Shown one piece after another: positions 61,371 through 64,000 of a stretch of DNA of 64,000 nucleotides (position 1 is the first letter of the stretch; each line of letters opens with the position of its first letter). The translations under genes were made by a program, and so were the position numbers. This stretch comes from Centroscyllium fabricii (lineage: Eukaryota). The notes beneath the pieces were generated by a model. That model was not told the origin of the DNA and did not search any database. It was given only the letters and a program-made list of their open reading frames with translations. The stretch spans positions 402,690,001 through 402,754,000 of the forward strand of contig JBNRSN020000002.1 of the NCBI GenBank assembly GCA_051313645.2, given 5' to 3'.

Positions 61371-62142
61371 GGGGGAAAAATTGGTCAGTGCACACTTTGT
61401 GGCGCTGATCCAGGCGATGCGCTATTTTTAGCGCCAGCGATGAGCTGCCGCTAAAAAGGCCGAAATTGGCCGGCATCGCCCATTACGGGTGGGCGGGCGC
61501 TAAATCGGATGGGCCGCCTCGCTCTTGGTGCGAAGCGGGCGAATACTGGGGCCTTGGCGCAGTGCTGCGCGAAGGAGGCCATCGCGGCGGCCCGTGGTAC
61601 GGCAGGCCTTCCTTCCCCATTAAAGGGGAGGGGCCTAGCACGGCTGTGGCCGGAGCCCCGCTGGGTCACCGAGGGAGCAGGCGGCAGAGAACGAGCCCGG
61701 CACTGGCAGGAAGTGCCGGGCTCAGCTGACGGAGGCCTCACCCCGCCGGGGGAGCAGCGGGGGAGGCCGGGGAAGGCCAAGGGGGAAGGTGCTGATGGTC
61801 GGCCGGCAATAAAAATGGCCAACCGCCACACTCCCCTTTAAGCAGCGCTCGAACGCTGCTGTTTGGGTAGGAGAAAGCTGGCGAGGGCAGTGCCCAGCGA
61901 CAAAATGGCGGGCGCTGCCCAATTTCAGCCGCGGGCACCTCCCAGGCGCTGCGCAGCCTGATGACATCATTTGCGACATCCAGCTGGGCACTAAATTTGT
62001 TGGGGCGCTACCAGTTAGCCCCCAACTTAGCGGCCAGCTGAATTTAGCGCTGGACGCTATTCCTAGCGCTAATTGTGTGGCGCCTGATTAGCGGCCATTT
62101 TGGGTGCTAACGGGCCGGTGCTAGAGCGACAATTTCGGGCCC
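61371..62142. mobile_element. PIF/Harbinger MITE related to 58697-59446, opposite orientation
   Basis: GGGGGAAAAATTG / CAATTTCGGGCCC ends; the GC-rich core is the reverse complement of the 58980-59230 region. Confidence 0.78.
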
Positions 62143-62179
62143 TATCAATGACCCCAGCTGGAAAATATGCATGGGTTCT

Positions 62180-62720
62180 ACCCTCCATAAACGTGTGGTC
62201 ATCCAAACCTCTGCCGCCCATGTCCTAACTCACATCAAGTCCTGCTCACCCATCTCTCCTGTGCTTGCTAACCGCTATTGGCTCCAAGTTAAGCAACCCT
62301 TCGATTTCAAACTTCTCATCCTTGTTTTCAAATCCCTCCATGGCCTCACCCCCCCTTATCTCTGTAATCTCCCCCAGCCCTATAATCCCCCTAGACCTCA
62401 GCAATCTGCCTATTCTGGTCTTTTAAACAGCCCCGATGTTAATTTCTCTACAATTGGCAGTTTTGCCTTCAGCTGCCTAGGTCCTAAGCTCTGGAATTCC
62501 CTTCCTAAATCTCTTCCCATTTCCACTTCACTTTCCCCCTTTAAGACGCTCCTTAAAACCTATCTCTTCGACCAAGCTTTTGCTCAACTGCCCTAAGATT
62601 TCCTTATATGACTCGGTGTCAAATTTTGTTTTTATTTTGATAATGCTCCTGTGAAGCACCGTAGTGCCTTGGGACATTTTATTATGTTAAAGGCGCTATA
62701 TAAATACATATTGTTGTTGT
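62180..62720 (+). mobile_element. L2 LINE 3' end
   Basis: PISPVL...WL.V....FKLLILVFKSLHGL.PPYL, AFSCLGPKLWNSLP, FKTLLKTYLF; tail AAAGGCGCTATATAAAT...(TTG)n. Confidence 0.88.
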
Positions 62721-64000
62721 ATGTGTGGATGTTGGGTGTTGGTTGACAAAATTGCTGACTGACATTCATTGCTAGTGCTCACACATAGAAAATGACTACT
62801 TTGGCAAGACACTGGAGACCCTTTGCCCCTGGAGCTGTAGCCCAGAATAAGTCAGCTCCTTCAGGAGAGAAAGGGAGAAGATTGGGCAGAAAATGGGGAG
62901 AAATACCTGGTCTCAGTCCAATCGCTGTAGTGGCAGAGCAATTTGAACTTGAGTCTCTCAGTGGATGGATTTTGTTAGCTATCGGCTGGAAGGAGGATTT
63001 TGTCGTCTAAGGTTTCTATATTGTGGGGAAGTGGTTGAAGAAAAACTTAGCTGTGTGAGCTCTTTCCTCATAGAAACACACCTTCTGTCACAGAACACCA
63101 GCAAAGGTAATCATGAAAAGGTTGTATTGCCCACTCTGCTCTACACTCAAGGCTAAAAGAGAAAACTTGGCAGCTGGTAGCAGTAGCGAGGATCGAACAG
63201 GGTAAAAATATTTACAAAATAATCCTGGCATTGCTGAATATTCAGCCTTGGGTACTTGTGGGTATTGATAGGAACCAATACATGACTTGGAAGGGATTTG
63301 TTTTTTTAAAGATTCTATCAAGCACTTGGGTTTGATAATCTAGCTATGCTGCAAATGATATCTACAGGGTACTGATGCATCAATAGTAGGTTGAGTGTTC
63401 ATATCACCAGCCCTCTGCATGGATTTTCAATCTTAGAGGCCCAGAACCAAGATCAGGCATTGTACTCTGTTCTTATCTAATCCTTGGCAGAGATCTGGGA
63501 GCAGGTTACTTGCCTGCAACTCTTGATCAACGAATGATGGAGTGACCTGAAAAAAGAGGGGTGCATAAAATGAATTTTAAAATTGGGTCGACAAAATTAT
63601 ACCCTCACCATCAATATCCTTCAAAGAAAATTAAAACTGTTATGATTACAACAATGTCCCTTTGTTTTTCTGTCTGTTCCTGTTAATTAAAAAATGGTTT
63701 AAATGGTGAGTGGTGATGATATCTTCAAGGGAACTTGGTTCGAGTTGATATTGTACCCATGGTGAGGGAGCTGAATTAATATATGCACAATGGAACTGAG
63801 AGCACTGAAGCACTCTGGGTTAATGACTGTAGCAACTAATATTAATTCAGCTTCTTTGCACTATCAAACTGAGTAACTCTTCCAAGTCAATTCTCCCAGT
63901 GATAATCTCAGCACCCTCTGTTTTAATGAAAAATAAGTTAATCAGAAATAGAAAGCCAAACCCAAGAGTTAAATGGGAAGGCTATTTCATCAAACACTTT

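Overview
Vertebrate genomic DNA, most likely a cartilaginous fish (shark-type HE1/V-SINEs, Deu-domain SacSINE-like SINEs, CR1/L2/Rex1 LINEs, Penelope-like fragments). It is almost entirely nested transposable elements. There are two copies of a CsRn1-type Gypsy element (family A; tRNA-Trp PBS and 4-bp TSD visible in copy 2). There are four minus-strand Gypsy elements of one related lineage in three LTR families (B1, B2, C, D; 5-bp TSDs where both ends are visible). Also present: a non-autonomous two-LTR element, two decayed PIF/Harbinger transposons, hAT/Tigger/Harbinger MITEs, a GTF2A2 retropseudogene and one possible terminal exon of an unidentified host gene. The most striking signal is in the B/C/D lineage, which has no tRNA PBS. 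Instead, the 13-14 nt at the PBS position are the perfect reverse complement of the poly(A)-signal segment in each element's own LTR, with compensatory changes across four elements, suggesting a self-priming or poly(A)-occluding RNA structure. The three copies that retain the region also share a YLDN (not YxDD) RT motif and tandem YY1-consensus sites in the Gag-protease linker. The non-autonomous element shows a separate, classic Tf1/sushi-type self-priming arrangement. Family names are from motif recognition only; no database search was possible.
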